A stretch of DNA of 64,000 nt. Origin: Amoebophrya sp. A120. Its lineage: Eukaryota; Protista; Dinoflagellata. The notes beneath the pieces were generated by a model. The model was not told the DNA's origin. It did no database searches and saw nothing but the letters and a program-made list of their open reading frames with translations. Positions 12,701 through 24,745 of the stretch are shown in pieces (positions within the stretch are counted from its first letter, which is position 1; each line of letters begins with the position of its first letter). Made by a program: the position numbers and the translations under genes. Where the stretch lies: positions 10,833,655 to 10,897,654 of the forward strand of contig CAJINV010000004.1 of NCBI GenBank assembly GCA_905178155.1, given 5' to 3'.

Positions 12701-15408
12701 AATTACTCTTCCGCCAACAATACCAAATCGTGCGGGTGGAAGGAAATTATTATACTCCGGCACCACATCCACAACTACCTGTCGTGCCGTCACCGGCCGT
12801 GGTTTCATCATCTCCGTTTGACGTAGACGTGGGGCCGACGGCTCCTGCTTTGCTGAACGTTCCTGGGTCACTCTTTATGCCGGTGGGAACAGCTGCAACA
12901 TCTGGTGCAGCTGGTCAGCAATTCACACAGCAGCTAATGGAGGGGCAACACCAAAACGGTTCAGGGTCTACTATTGTCGATGCAGCCGAAGTAGTACCAG
13001 GGGTTGCAGCAGCGGAAAAGAAGCCAGGAGAGCTCCATTCGAATCTCCAAGGCAAGGCTCCAAGTGTGGGACCAGAAGCGAACAAAGCTGGCGCACCCGC
13101 CGCCGGAAGTGTGGCTAGCCCGGGCGCCGCAGCGGCAGGAGATTCGAATGCGGAGCAGCTGAGAGAGTTCGCTCAGATTCAGAAGCTGCAGGAGGAAAGA
13201 CAGCATGAGCTTGTGGAACACAATGCCAGCAACATAGCGGCTGAAAATAAACCCTCCGCCGCGACAGCGCTTGTCAACGGTCACGCGGGTAGCGAAGTGC
13301 ACAGCCCAGGGAGGGGGCAAAACGACGATATTACCGCAATGATGGAGCAGCAGTCCTCTCTACTGCCGGGAGCTGCGAAGGCGCATCTTCCTCACGACCT
13401 CGCTGCCATGGCTGCAAGTGCAGCAGCACAGCACACAGGGCACAAGCACGTTGCAGCCGCGAGGGAAAAGAATGAAGGCGAAGATGGAGTCCTAGGCGCC
13501 GCTGATGTTGCACAACACGATGCAGGAGCTGTTCTCGGCAAGAAGAAGGTTCTTCACCATGCGGCCGCAGAAGGGGAGGAAGAAGAAAAAGTGATTATTT
13601 CCGGTGGCGAAGTAGATCAAGATCACGAGGTGCCAATTATCGGAATGAGCGACTTTCTATTGGGAATCGACACACCAAAGGGGAGCAAAAAGACCGAGGA
13701 GGACTCGAATGCAGGCACTGTGGTACCATCGGACGCTTCTCGGACACCGAAAGCAGGCGCAGCTGCAGCTCTTTCCGGTACTAGAATGAAAAAGGTTTCA
13801 GTTGCTGCGAAGGCTGGAGGACCTGGGCCCGGTAGTGCCGCCGCTGCCCCCGCGGGGGGCCCAGCGGATTCGCTGGCGGCATTCGAGGCGCCTGCGACAG
13901 CTACGGTAATCTTGAAGGAGCAGCAGGACCAGGGCCCAGCTGCAATTGAGGGCGGAGGAGAAAACGTGAAGAGCGACGGTGGGAGTAGTATTCCGAAACG
14001 GCAACCACGCCCGCGCATCAAGGAAAAGGACGGAACCAGCAAGCCAAGCAAGCGGCTGGCGGCTCCAGCAGAGGATGGGAAAATTTCTGCCACATCTGAG
14101 AGGGAGAGGGAAAAAACACAAGGAGACGCTTCTCAAGAGGCGCGGAAGTCCAAGGCCTTGCCAGGGCGATCGTCACAGGCCGGCGAAGATGAAGTAGGAG
14201 GGGATACTATTAAAACGAAGCGGGCGTCAGTTAAAAAGTCAGCACCAACATCAACTTCCCCGGCGGGGGAAACATCAAAGACCGGCACAGATACACCTGC
14301 GGACGGCACCAAATCAGAGGAAAAGAAGAAGAAAAAGAGAGTCTCCGCTCCGAGCGCGAGGAGTGCGGGAGAGGACCGCGGTGGGGGCGCGAGCAGCACC
14401 AGTGGCGCCGAGAAGATGGTGGAGAGTAAAGAAAATTCGACGAGAAAATCTGGGGCTGGTGATCGGCAGGTAAGCAGCTTTTTGAAAAGCACTAGAATCA
14501 CTGTGGGAAAAAACGAAGATGAGCTGGACTCAAGGAAGCCTAGTGCCGCAGGTGCAACCAAAGGTGGAGACAAGGAGGCGCCTCCAGACAAAAGCTTTTT
14601 GTTCTCGCCACCTTCCTCCCAAGATGAACAGAAGCCGCTGGGTACTACTAGCGTCCAAAAACGCGCCGACGGTACGCCGGAGGTGCGACACACCCGCGCC
14701 TCGAAGATCCGGGAATCGCACATTGAAACGAAAGCCTACAAGCCACCCGCCACGACCTCCAGCAAACCAGCAATCCTTCCCACGAGAGCTGTTGCAACAT
14801 CGACCAGCGTTTCTACTCAGGATAGTACGAAGCAAGCAGACGGCGCCAGTAGAAGCAGCAAATCTAGCCGTGTTTCCCTAACTGCACAGTTGAACACGGC
14901 GAGAAAGTCGGTTGGATTGAACAAAATTTCAGGCGTTGTGCCTTCTATCAGTGGCGCTTTTCCAGACCGCCGGTCGCTCTCCGGAACCAACAGTAGTTCG
15001 CAGCCAGGTGGCTCCAGCGACAACAACATCGACGGAGACACCGCCCGCGGAGACGCGTCCCAAAACAAGCGCGTGTCGCGGCGGGACTCGGAGACCGCGT
15101 TTCTGCGGGACAACTTCACCTACAGCGTGGACCGGACGATGCTGAAGGGCATCGAAGCGACGGCGCACGCGGTGTACTACCAGTACAACGCGAAGCCGCC
15201 ACCGGACGAGCTGGTGTGGAAATTGCGGGAGCAGATCGTCGACGAGCACGACGACCCGGCCAACCGACCAGAAGTTGACAGTGCCGAGACGTTCCCAGAA
15301 CCGCGAAAACCGGCCACACCGCCACGGGAGGAAGCCAGCACTTCGGAAGAAGAGCCGGCGTTTAACTCGGAGTTGCACAATATGATCGTCGGGAGGCTTA
15401 ACAATTGA
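9777..15408 (+). CDS. Large hypothetical coiled-coil/low-complexity protein (~1730 aa; exons 9777-10715, 10892-10940, 11204-15408)
   Basis: The 328-aa and 1387-aa ORFs join in frame through a 49-nt exon once two introners are removed. Confidence 0.8.
10716..10886. mobile_element. Introner, family D (about 60-bp terminal inverted repeats)
   Basis: TATCCCACAGAAAAAAGCTGGCAGG...CCTGCCAGCTTTTTTCTGTGGGATA; perfect CCAAG direct repeat. Confidence 0.95.
10941..11198. mobile_element. Introner, family A
   Basis: TATGCATTGCAAATATGTCTGGGTCTGGAAG...CTTCCAGACCCAGACATTTTTGCATTTGATA; CCAGT direct repeat. Confidence 0.95.
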
Positions 15409-16366
15409 GTGCTGTGATCCTACGTTGCTTCTAGTTTGAATATCAATTCCTCCTGGGTTTCTCAACTCCCCTACATGAACTTGGACTATCGCACTTTGTT
15501 TGTAGTCCACAGTCCCACGACCCTGTGTACTGCCCAGGACAGAACATATAAAGTCAGACTGTGATCATAAGAAAGCGCCTGTGAAAGAATTATGATGTAG
15601 TAGGCCGACGCCATCAGATTCAATTTCAAACTGCTGCGGTCGATGTCGTTTCGTCACCACTATGAGTGGTTCGCGTCGCGTTGAAGTTGTCATGCAGGCC
15701 AGCACGACATTGAAATTGAATACGAAAGATGAGTGTGAAACAATTCCTTTTTGTTTTTGTTTACTTATCCTTATGCACAGCTGCAGCTGGTGCTGGCTCC
15801 AAACGTGTTCAAACGCGATTGATCCACCAAATTTCAAGCTGTACTATTAAACCGGGCAGTATAAATACAATAATATGGCTCTGGTTTGTTTTTGATGGTT
15901 CTCGTTCTTTGCCTGCTCATTCTCTTTTGCAAAAGGTCGAGATCTTCTTTTGATTCTCACGATATAGTATGTGATAGAAGCAGCCGCTGATCCTGATGTT
16001 GAAGTGGAAGTTGGATTTCCAAGCATGATTTTTACTTTTGCTTCTGGAGATACTTTGTTCAGAACTTGTGATTTTGCTTTCAATCTGAAGTAGACCTTGA
16101 TATTCATTTTCTCCATAATTCAGATTCAATGTCAATGCGCAGACAGCGACAAGAAAGCGACTCCGTACTTAGCGCGGGACCCGCGGTTTCGCGTTGACCA
16201 CGGCTACAAAGGACGAGGACCATAGTTCTTCTTCTTACTAACCATCACTCTGTTTTTTAGAATTACAATTGACTACCCGTTTAGCAGGAGCATCGCTCTT
16301 CGCCGGGTTATTTCTTATACAGTTTTATACATAATTTCAATAAACGCGAGGACCGAGAGCAAAATC

Positions 16367-18891
16367 ATGAAACGCGAGCGTGACGACAAGGATGCGGAAG
16401 ATGAGCAGGACCAGGACAACTCCGTCCAGGACCTGAAGCGGCTGATCACGCAGAGCGTGAAGCAGCAGCGACGCCCGAAGAAGACCCATAATGTGACTCC
16501 CATTCACAGCGACGAACAGTCGACGTCTGCCAGGTCGAGAAACAACGATCATGGGGCAATGGGAACGGATAATCGAAGTGCTACGACCGGCAGCGCTTCC
16601 CTGTTTTTCCCCGACATTCCCGTAAGCGCGATGGCGGGTCCGTCACCGCTTGCGAATAGTAATCTTGGACGAGAACAAGCAGATGTTTCTTTTCCACACG
16701 ACAAGAAAGGCGCGAGTTCTGGCAGAACTCATCTTCCCGTATTGGGAATATCGACCTCCGACAGCGTTCTCCCTCTCCCTTCGGAAGCCGCCCGCAGGTC
16801 GAGGAACAAATCTACATCGAAAATAAGCCAGTTCTCGGGACGCGGTGGTCAGCACTCGAAATCCGTTTCCGAAGCGGACCCCTCGGAGGACGAGCTCTCG
16901 CTGGTAGCTTCGCCGATGAACGAAGTGTTGAACCAAAATGTCATCCCAACGCCCACCGCAGCGGAGACGGCAACGGGGGTCGGGAGCTTTTTCACGGGCT
17001 TCGTGCAAAACGAAAACATAAACGAGGAAAAGCATGGCAGTGGAGCAGACAAAGCAGGTGAAGACGGGTCCGAGAATAAGATAGGTCAAGTGCCGAAAAT
17101 GCACGTAGGTCCTGGTGTGAACTTGAAGCTGGTGCAGCATGTTGACCAGGCGGCTGCAACAGGAAGTTGTAGCTCATCTGGAGGACCAGCGTTGATAGAG
17201 GACAAGAGCCCCCTGCTCGCCGCGACGAAGATGCGCGCTTCGATTGGGAGCCCGAGATTTGGCGGCACCGCAGGCCCTGAGATGAAAAGTACGTCTATCT
17301 TCGAGAAGCAGAGAGCGGCGGCCTCGCCCTACGCAAAGCCGGTCGCGAGCAGTAATAAAACGAGCCCCTTTTCGCAAGAGCACAAAGTGGGTTCGATTTT
17401 CGGTGGTGCAGGGACGACCACAGGAAGTTTTAGCAATACTACGTCAACAACAAACACCTCTAGTACAGGCTCTTCTATTTTCTCCGGCGGCATGGCTAGC
17501 GGCTCTTTCATGTCCGCCCTCGCGGACCACAGTGGCGGCTTTGCCGCACTCGCAAAGAGCACCAGCGCAGCTGCAGAACAAAGTACGAAAACAGCGACGT
17601 CTGGTGCGACTACTGGGGGCAGCTTGTTCTCCGCAATGGCGAGTGGTAGCACGACTATAGGCAGTGCTGTCCCTGAGTCTGGGACGAAGAACATCTTTTC
17701 AACGTTCGCATCCGCTTCGCCGCCTGCAATGCCCTCTGGCTCATTTAGTAACGGCGCAAGCATGAATGGCGGAACGACAGCGACAGGCTCTTCAATGTTC
17801 ACGTTTGGAACGGCGGCATTCGGATCCGCAACTACATCGGGAGCAGCTACGTCCCAACAAGGCGTTGCCAAAGAGAAGACTAACGAGCGCAACGCCTTTG
17901 CGTCGTTACTGACGATCGAGAAGCAGGAGCAGAAGGATGACATCAAGGCTGATAAAAATTCAAGCAAACAAGCAGCCCCCAGCCTTAGTAAATCTTCGCT
18001 TTCCGCCGGCGCGGGCATGGGTCCTGGAATAGTAGACACCACAGCTTCAGGATTTGCAAATGGTAAGGTGCCCATGCTGACGAAAGTTCAGGCGGTTTCC
18101 AGGGCGCGGGCAATCGTGCGGCGGTCGGAGCTGAACGCTGAGGCGCCAAAGGACTATCTGTTATTCGCGGGAAACTGCAAGGCGTTCGAACTGAGCAAGG
18201 TATAGCCAACGTTTGATGAACAAGGATGCGTTTCAAGTGAACTACTAGAAGTGTGATACGTATGTAAACAACAGATGACCCGGTTTCCTTTTCCATTTGC
18301 ATCAACTGGGTGCCATCATTATCAAACGAAATTACACTGTCACAGAACGACGACACCACCCAGCCACGCCCCAGCGAGAGCACCGCCTCTTCGTCGCGCC
18401 GCTGGCGACAAATGACGGACGCCGGCCAGGTGAAAATCAGCATGGACAGTGCTACGGGCGCGGTCAGCGTCTTGGTGCTGTTGCGCGGCACGCTGCGGCT
18501 GGTGTTGCATTCGACCATTCTCACCGCAGATTCCATCAAGCCGGTGGGGGACAACTCCGTCTGCTTCATGGGAACAGGGGGCACGGTGCAGGAGGAGGGC
18601 GCGGGTGTAGAAGTGGCTGCTGGTGGCACCGCAGCTTCGAAAGAACCTGCGTCTTCTGATGCGTCAACGGGAGCCCCTAGTACGAACGAACCCGCCGTCG
18701 CTCCTGGGAAAATAAACGGAACTACCACTAAGACCGCGAACAAAGAGAAAGACGGATCAACTAGCACAATTGAACCCATTTACTACCGTTTGAATTTGTT
18801 GTCTACCGATCAACGGGACACGTGCGCTGGAGTAATGAAAAGTGTCTGCGAGATCACCATGTCCCAAGCGACATCTTCTGGTGCGCAATGA
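16367..18891 (+). CDS. Nup50/Nup2-like nucleoporin with FG-like repeats and a C-terminal Ran-binding (RanBD1) domain
   Basis: S/T/G-rich region with GSIFG, SIFSGG, SLFS, MFTFG, AFGS. After GT-AG intron 18200-18345 the C-terminus reads LLFAGNCKAFEL...WRQMTDAGQVKI...GTLRLVLHSTI, resembling RanBD1. Confidence 0.6.
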
Positions 18892-19284
18892 CCCAGTGTG
18901 GGATGGCACTGCGACGCGATAAAGATTTTTACACTTCAAGTACATCTCGATAGCGAAATCAAACACGATTTTCATCTGGTGCCTCACGTAATGATACGAC
19001 AACTACTGCGTTTGTTGTGTTCGAACTACCACTGCTAGGAGCAGGAAAAATGGATTTTCAGTTTGCTTCCGTGTATTTCACATGGTTGTTTCCTGTACAA
19101 GTTTCGAAAGATCCTGGTCCTACTGACGAAATAACAAAACCCAGTAGCCAGGCTATGACGGTGCGTGTGAGGAGTTGAAGAGAGTAGATATGCTCATTTT
19201 TGTTCTCTGTGCGTGACGCCGCAGCTAGCCACGAGGACCGCACTGCAGAAGAACAAGAGGAGAGAAGAAAACCTCCACTCCAAG

Positions 19285-22200
19285 ATGGCGCGGCCCTCGA
19301 AGGCCGCCGCTCAGGCGGCCGTCTTGGTTTTGAGCAGCTTTTCTCAAAGCGCCGATGCCCTCCGCGTTGTTGCCACGAGCAAATCAACTTCGAACTTGCT
19401 GCTGAAAAAAACCACCTCCACCAAGGCTGTTTCCACGGCGAGGACGAAAAGTAGATCGCGGAAAATATTAAAGCAAGCCCCTTTTGTATGGATTGCAAAT
19501 ATGTCTGGGTCTGGGAAGTTGCGAGATTTGTCATGTGAGTCTGGCATGATTCTTAACTCTGTGTTGCGTCACCGCAAAGAGCGCCTCAGGCTTGTCATGC
19601 TAAAACGCAGTTTCTCATGACATGCGGAGTACGCAACTCAGAACCACGGAAAAACTTGCCATGCCTGGCAGCGCATTACAGTCTGCTCACTATTCCCCTT
19701 CTTGCATCACAAGTTTCCTCCAGATCCAGACATTTTTGCATTTGATATTTTGGCATGTTCGCGACAGAAGATGCGCTTTCCCTCAACAGTCTAGACAGCA
19801 AAGTCACTACAATTTGCGAATCCGCGGTCCGCAAAGCCGAAGGGACGCAATGTTCCGACCTGGATTTGATCCACGACTACCCGGAATCCCCCGCCTACCA
19901 CGCTTGCCTCGATGACTGGCACGGGATCCACGGCATGGCTTCCGAGTGCGAGAAGCAGCACGCCAACATCGGCTCTCCCTGCGGAAAAGCCTGCTTGTAC
20001 AAGGGTATCCGGCAGCTGGCCGCGAAGCACGGCGCAGTCTCGGAGTTGCTGAAGTGGGGCGTGACGGACTTCAACTTGTGGAACCAGCTCGTCACGCTGG
20101 CCCAACCGGTGGCCGACGGCTTGAGCGAAGAAGAACTCGCTGGAGTGTTCAAAAAGTGCGCGGACGGCGGTGACCACACCGTGATGCCGATCCCGCGGGT
20201 GCGGCACATCTTCACCTGCCTCGACGCGAATGCCGACGGCACTTTGGATGGCGCGGAACTCACCCAGCCGACAAAGTGCTTCCGAAAATGCCTGGAGGTG
20301 AAGGAGCCGGCGGGGCACCTGGAAAAAATCCCCGATGACGCGGACTATGACGTTCTCAAATGTTACATTCTCAACTGTTACATGATTTCTCATGCAAAAT
20401 GGCAATCAGAATCGACATGATCAAGCTGCTTCGCATGACAAATTCTCGAAGAGCCCAACAGGCTGAGAATCCGTGTCAAATCTGTCATGCGCGACGCGTT
20501 AGGTCCCCGTCCCCTCTTTCACTGTTGCCGTTCTTGCATGACAAATCCATGTAGCAGTTGAGGATGTAACTGTAACAGTTGAGAACGCCATACGGACGTG
20601 ACGGACGTTCTGTCCCTGTGGCTGGGCGACGCGCAGGGCAGCGCGCGGAAGTTTGACACCATGCTGGCGGGCACGAGTCCGAACTGCCTGGACGGCATCG
20701 ACGGGCCCTGCGAGGGCTGCGAATCCTACCACGTGGACTTCAACCCGATGCAGAAACGCGAAGCCCACGAAACGGAAGACGCGTGGGATGAGACGGGCGA
20801 CCTGTTGGAAGAGTGCGAGGGCTACGAGGAGCGCTGCGAGCCCCACCTCTCGGGCGACCAAAACTCGGTCGAGTGTGCCGATCCGTTCCGCAGGCAGTAC
20901 TGCATCGGCGTGCACAAGTTGACGGAGACCCACATGCAGGAGTGCGCCAACTACTACGGCCAGTGCTGCGTGAACGCGAACGAGTCCCACTTGAAAACTG
21001 GCGCGGCCGCCGGCGACGAGTTTCACCTCACCGACTGCCAGCCCTGCGACCCCGCGAACGGAGCTTCTTGCAATAAACTTGTGATGGAGGCGAGCGCGGA
21101 GCAGGGCGGCTGCTTCGTCGGCCACGACCCGGCGACCGGGAAGCCGCAGCTGGATTTCCAGCGGCTGGCGTTTTGCGCGGGCGTGTTTGAGCGCGCGCGC
21201 TACGACATGATGGAGTCCGGGAAACTACAGACCATGACGGGCGCCACCAGCATGCCGGACGACGTGGGCCAGACAGTGCACCCGGGGTTCTTTTTGTTTT
21301 CGCAGCTGAAGATGAAGAAGCAGCTGAAAATGAAAAAGGCAAAAATCGTGCTGGACAAAAAAACCATGATGGCCTTGACCGCGCCGATGGTCTCGGTTTT
21401 TCCAACAGCAGTGGAACAAGACCGTCAATTCGACAACCAGGAGCCCGCCACCGGGAGCATGTACTTCTCGGGGAGCGCCCCCGCGAACGAACCCCTGCCA
21501 CTCGTCCCCTCCGGAGACAGCGAGTCGCCCATGAACCTCACCCCGGATGCGCAGGCAGCGGCGAACTCCGCCCCGATCCACGTGAAGACGCAGCGGAAGA
21601 TCGATTACCCGGCCCGGGACCCCGTTTCCCCCGAAGCGCTCAACGCGCCGCTCGCGCACGCGCCGGGCGCCGTGCCGCAAATGCAGGCGGGGGACTACGA
21701 CGCGACCGTGCACGAAGACCCGATTCACGAGCCGCAGTGCCCCACGGAAACGTTTCGGGAAAAGCGCAGCGGTATGAATTGCAAAAATGTCTAGGTCTGG
21801 AAGATTGCAATTTGTCGTGGTAAATCTGAAGCATGCAAAAATCTGTGTTGCATGAGTGCCAAAAGCTGTAAACTTTTGAACAAGTCAGAAGGGAGTTTCT
21901 CATGCAGGATAGACATGGCAGAGTCAGAGACCTCGCAGAGTCTGTCATGCTACGTCCCGCATTCCAGACCTGATGGGTCATGGAAAATCTGCCTGACAAG
22001 TCTACACTTTTCCAGACCCAGACACTTTTGCACTTGATAAGCGGGGAGTTGAAGGTGGTCCGGAACGAGGAGTACTACAAGAAATTTTGTGCTATTCTGA
22101 GTAAAAGCGTCCCCACCCCAGAGCTGTCATGCAAATCTGCATGCCAAGAAGGTTTCTCATGCGGAGCCCCATGAGAAGCGTATTCTCGTCGTGTTCTGGA

Positions 22201-23903
22201 ATTTGTGATGCGAGAACCAGCACGGTATGCTAGATCTGTGATGCTGCTGGACTACTAGCTAAACAGGATTACACTGCGAGGAGAAACTTGTCATGCGAAC
22301 CAAGCAAAGCTGGTTGATTTGTCTTGCAGGTTTCCCATCTTGACTCTGGTGTTGGGACATTTTTACTCAGGATATGTGCCTGGATGCACGAGGTCGCGGA
22401 GCCGTCTGCGGGCTGGGATTTGGGCCATTTTGTGGACCCGGCGACGAAAAACTTCGCGGAAAAGCAGTTCACGCCAGACTCGACGTGCGCACCCGAAATC
22501 GTGATTGGGGCCGGGAAGGGCAGAAAGGTAAAGGGTTTTGATATCATGTTGGTTGTAAGTAGATAAGGATGTGGATGTGGTTGTGTTGGAAGTTATTCGC
22601 ATGACACAGTGCCCAAGAAAAGTGTCAACATTTCACCAAGTGCAAAACTACATCCAAAATTATGAAAAATCCAGCCCACTCGTGCGGAATTCGACGACAC
22701 GAACTACGAGAACTGCAAGCGCGCCCACGAAATCTGTGCGGAAAGCGGGTACGTCGCGGACTCCCCGTCTTGTGGCTACGTAGAGTCCGATATCTGTGCC
22801 GGAATGCATTTTCCCAGCCCAGGTCCGAAAATCCCACCCCCGCACGTGGATCTCGAGAAGCCAACAAACCCGGCCCCGGTTACTGACGTTGGGAGTGCGG
22901 CTCCGCCAGCTCAAAACAACGCGATTCCTGCCGCGACCGGGGAAGCGGGGGAAGCCATCCCGCTGGGAACCGGTGCGGAGCTGCCGGGAGCGGGCGCGCC
23001 AGCAGCGGCTCCGGCACCCGCGCCGCCGGCTACAGCTGCGGGGAGTACTGATTTTTTTTTGTTCGAGTCCACCTTGCATACGTGATTTCCACCTGCTTTT
23101 GGTTGATGATGTATCAATGATATGATGTGCCATGACCTTATTAAATTTTTCTTTAAGGCAAAGAACAACTTGCCTTTTCGAAAAGTCAAGCAATTCCCAA
23201 CCAAAAGTAAAAGTCCTCACATCAGGCGCAGCACCGAATAAACCCGCGGGAAAGGCTATGAACTGCAAAAGTATCGTATTAGTATGAATTGTATTACAAA
23301 TTTGCTCAGCATTGCAAATTGAATTTGTATATGCGGACTTGCCTTAGGAGTCAGATTTGTAAAGCATAAATGCAATTAGTACGAGTACGATACTTTTGCA
23401 CAGGATAAAGGCCGCCTTGGGCATCAAGGAGCCCCCCACGGAGGTGGCGAACATCGCAACCGTTGTATCAAAAAGAAAAATCTCCCCTCCCCATATCGGA
23501 AACGAAATTTGTGATGCTGTATTTGAGTATACAAGTCGACTTGTATTGCTAGAAGGCCAAGAGACGCAGTTGTGGCCTGAATTGCAGGCAATTTGTCATG
23601 CTGTTTCCCAGTTCCAGTTGCCTCGTGTCATGCTGGAGATGCAATACATTCCCTTTCCCGCGCTAGCTAGAACTACAGTCCGCATCATCTTTTGCCTTCT
23701 AGCATCACAAAGCTGATTTATAACCACAAATCTGCGTCACAGATTTCCGTTTTGATATGGGGAGGGGGCATTTTTGTTCTTGATACGTTGCGGCACCCTT
23801 GATGACGAATTTTCTCTTGCACGAGCTGCATGAGAAGGGGAAAGTGGAGAAGCCGAAGAAAAAGCAGCTGGTTTTCAAAATCACGGTCGAGGAGGAGGAC
23901 TGA
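19285..23903 (+). CDS. Hypothetical secreted Cys-rich protein with an EF-hand (~910 aa, 9 exons)
   Basis: Signal-like N-terminus, many Cys, EF-hand loop DANADGTLDGAEL. Six introners and GT-AG introns 22528-22674 and 23045-23225 give one frame ending ...KITVEEED*. Confidence 0.75.
19487..19747. mobile_element. Introner, family A
   Basis: Family A TIRs; TTTTG direct repeat; in-frame PF|GMFAT. Confidence 0.93.
20346..20592. mobile_element. Introner, family E
   Basis: TATGACGTTCTCAA...TTGAGAACGCCATA; CGGAC direct repeat. Confidence 0.93.
21773..22039. mobile_element. Introner, family A
   Basis: Family A TIRs; AGCGG direct repeat. Confidence 0.93.
22093..22374. mobile_element. Introner, family F
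   Basis: TATTCTGAGTAAAAGCGTCCC...GGGACATTTTTACTCAGGATA; TGTGC direct repeat; similar to 32104-32383. Confidence 0.93.
23257..23407. mobile_element. Introner, family B
   Basis: TATGAACTGCAAAAGTATCGTA...TACGATACTTTTGCACAGGATA; AAGGC direct repeat. Confidence 0.92.
23466..23785. mobile_element. Introner, family C
   Basis: TATCAAAAAGAAAAATCTCCCCTCCCCATATC...GATATGGGGAGGGGGCATTTTTGTTCTTGATA; CGTTG direct repeat; close match to 37397-37707. Confidence 0.93.
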
Positions 23904-24745
23904 TTTTTGTTTTTTGGCTTGACAGTTGTGAGCACGTTTTTCTTTTCCGAGTCTCCATTTGCATTTGCATCTGCATGCAGTAAAAAGATGTGTAAATTTT
24001 TTTGAGCCCCCTGTAGCTCTATGTAAAAACAGATGGCGCCCCTTCAGTGCAAGATTTTTTTCGGCGCCTCGTTGGTCGTTCGTTTTTCGAAGTAGATCAA
24101 GATGCACGCCTCGTTGTTCGTTCGTACCTGGTGCATGTTCTCGACCACCGCCACGACTGGCTGAGCAGCAATAGTAGAGTGCGACGCCTTATTGACGAAC
24201 CGACGTGAAGAAAGAAAAGATTTTGGAGAGCAATATGAGCGGCTCGATCATCCGTCGAAGTACGATCGCTATTGTGGTGAAAGATTTCTAAAGATTGAGT
24301 AGGAGGTCTTTCTGCGCAAAGATTTTTGTAGAACGAGTCACCCAGCACAAGAGCAAGGCCAAGGCATCGTTATCGTTTCTGAGCAAATAAGTGGCTCTTT
24401 TCGCCAGCGGTATGCGTATGTGAGATGCAATCTTCGAGTCGGCAGCTATAAAAGTACTGTGCATGATGTCGATGTGCAAATCCAAATTCAACACGACAAC
24501 ATGAATAACTCTAGCCAGAACTGCAACGTGAATTTTTTTAGGGGTGCGCTAGAGCAGCGTACTACAGAGGCGCGCCGACCACCATTTCCTAACCAAACTT
24601 GATCCAACATTGTTGCGGCCTTTAAATGACAGTCTAGCCCCGTCTTGGACCCGGAGGCACCCTCCGTGCTCACACCTTCCTTCTGCGTCGAAAGCCGTTC
24701 CTCACTTGCCGACACGACTCTAGTGACGGAATTTGTGTGGGAAAA

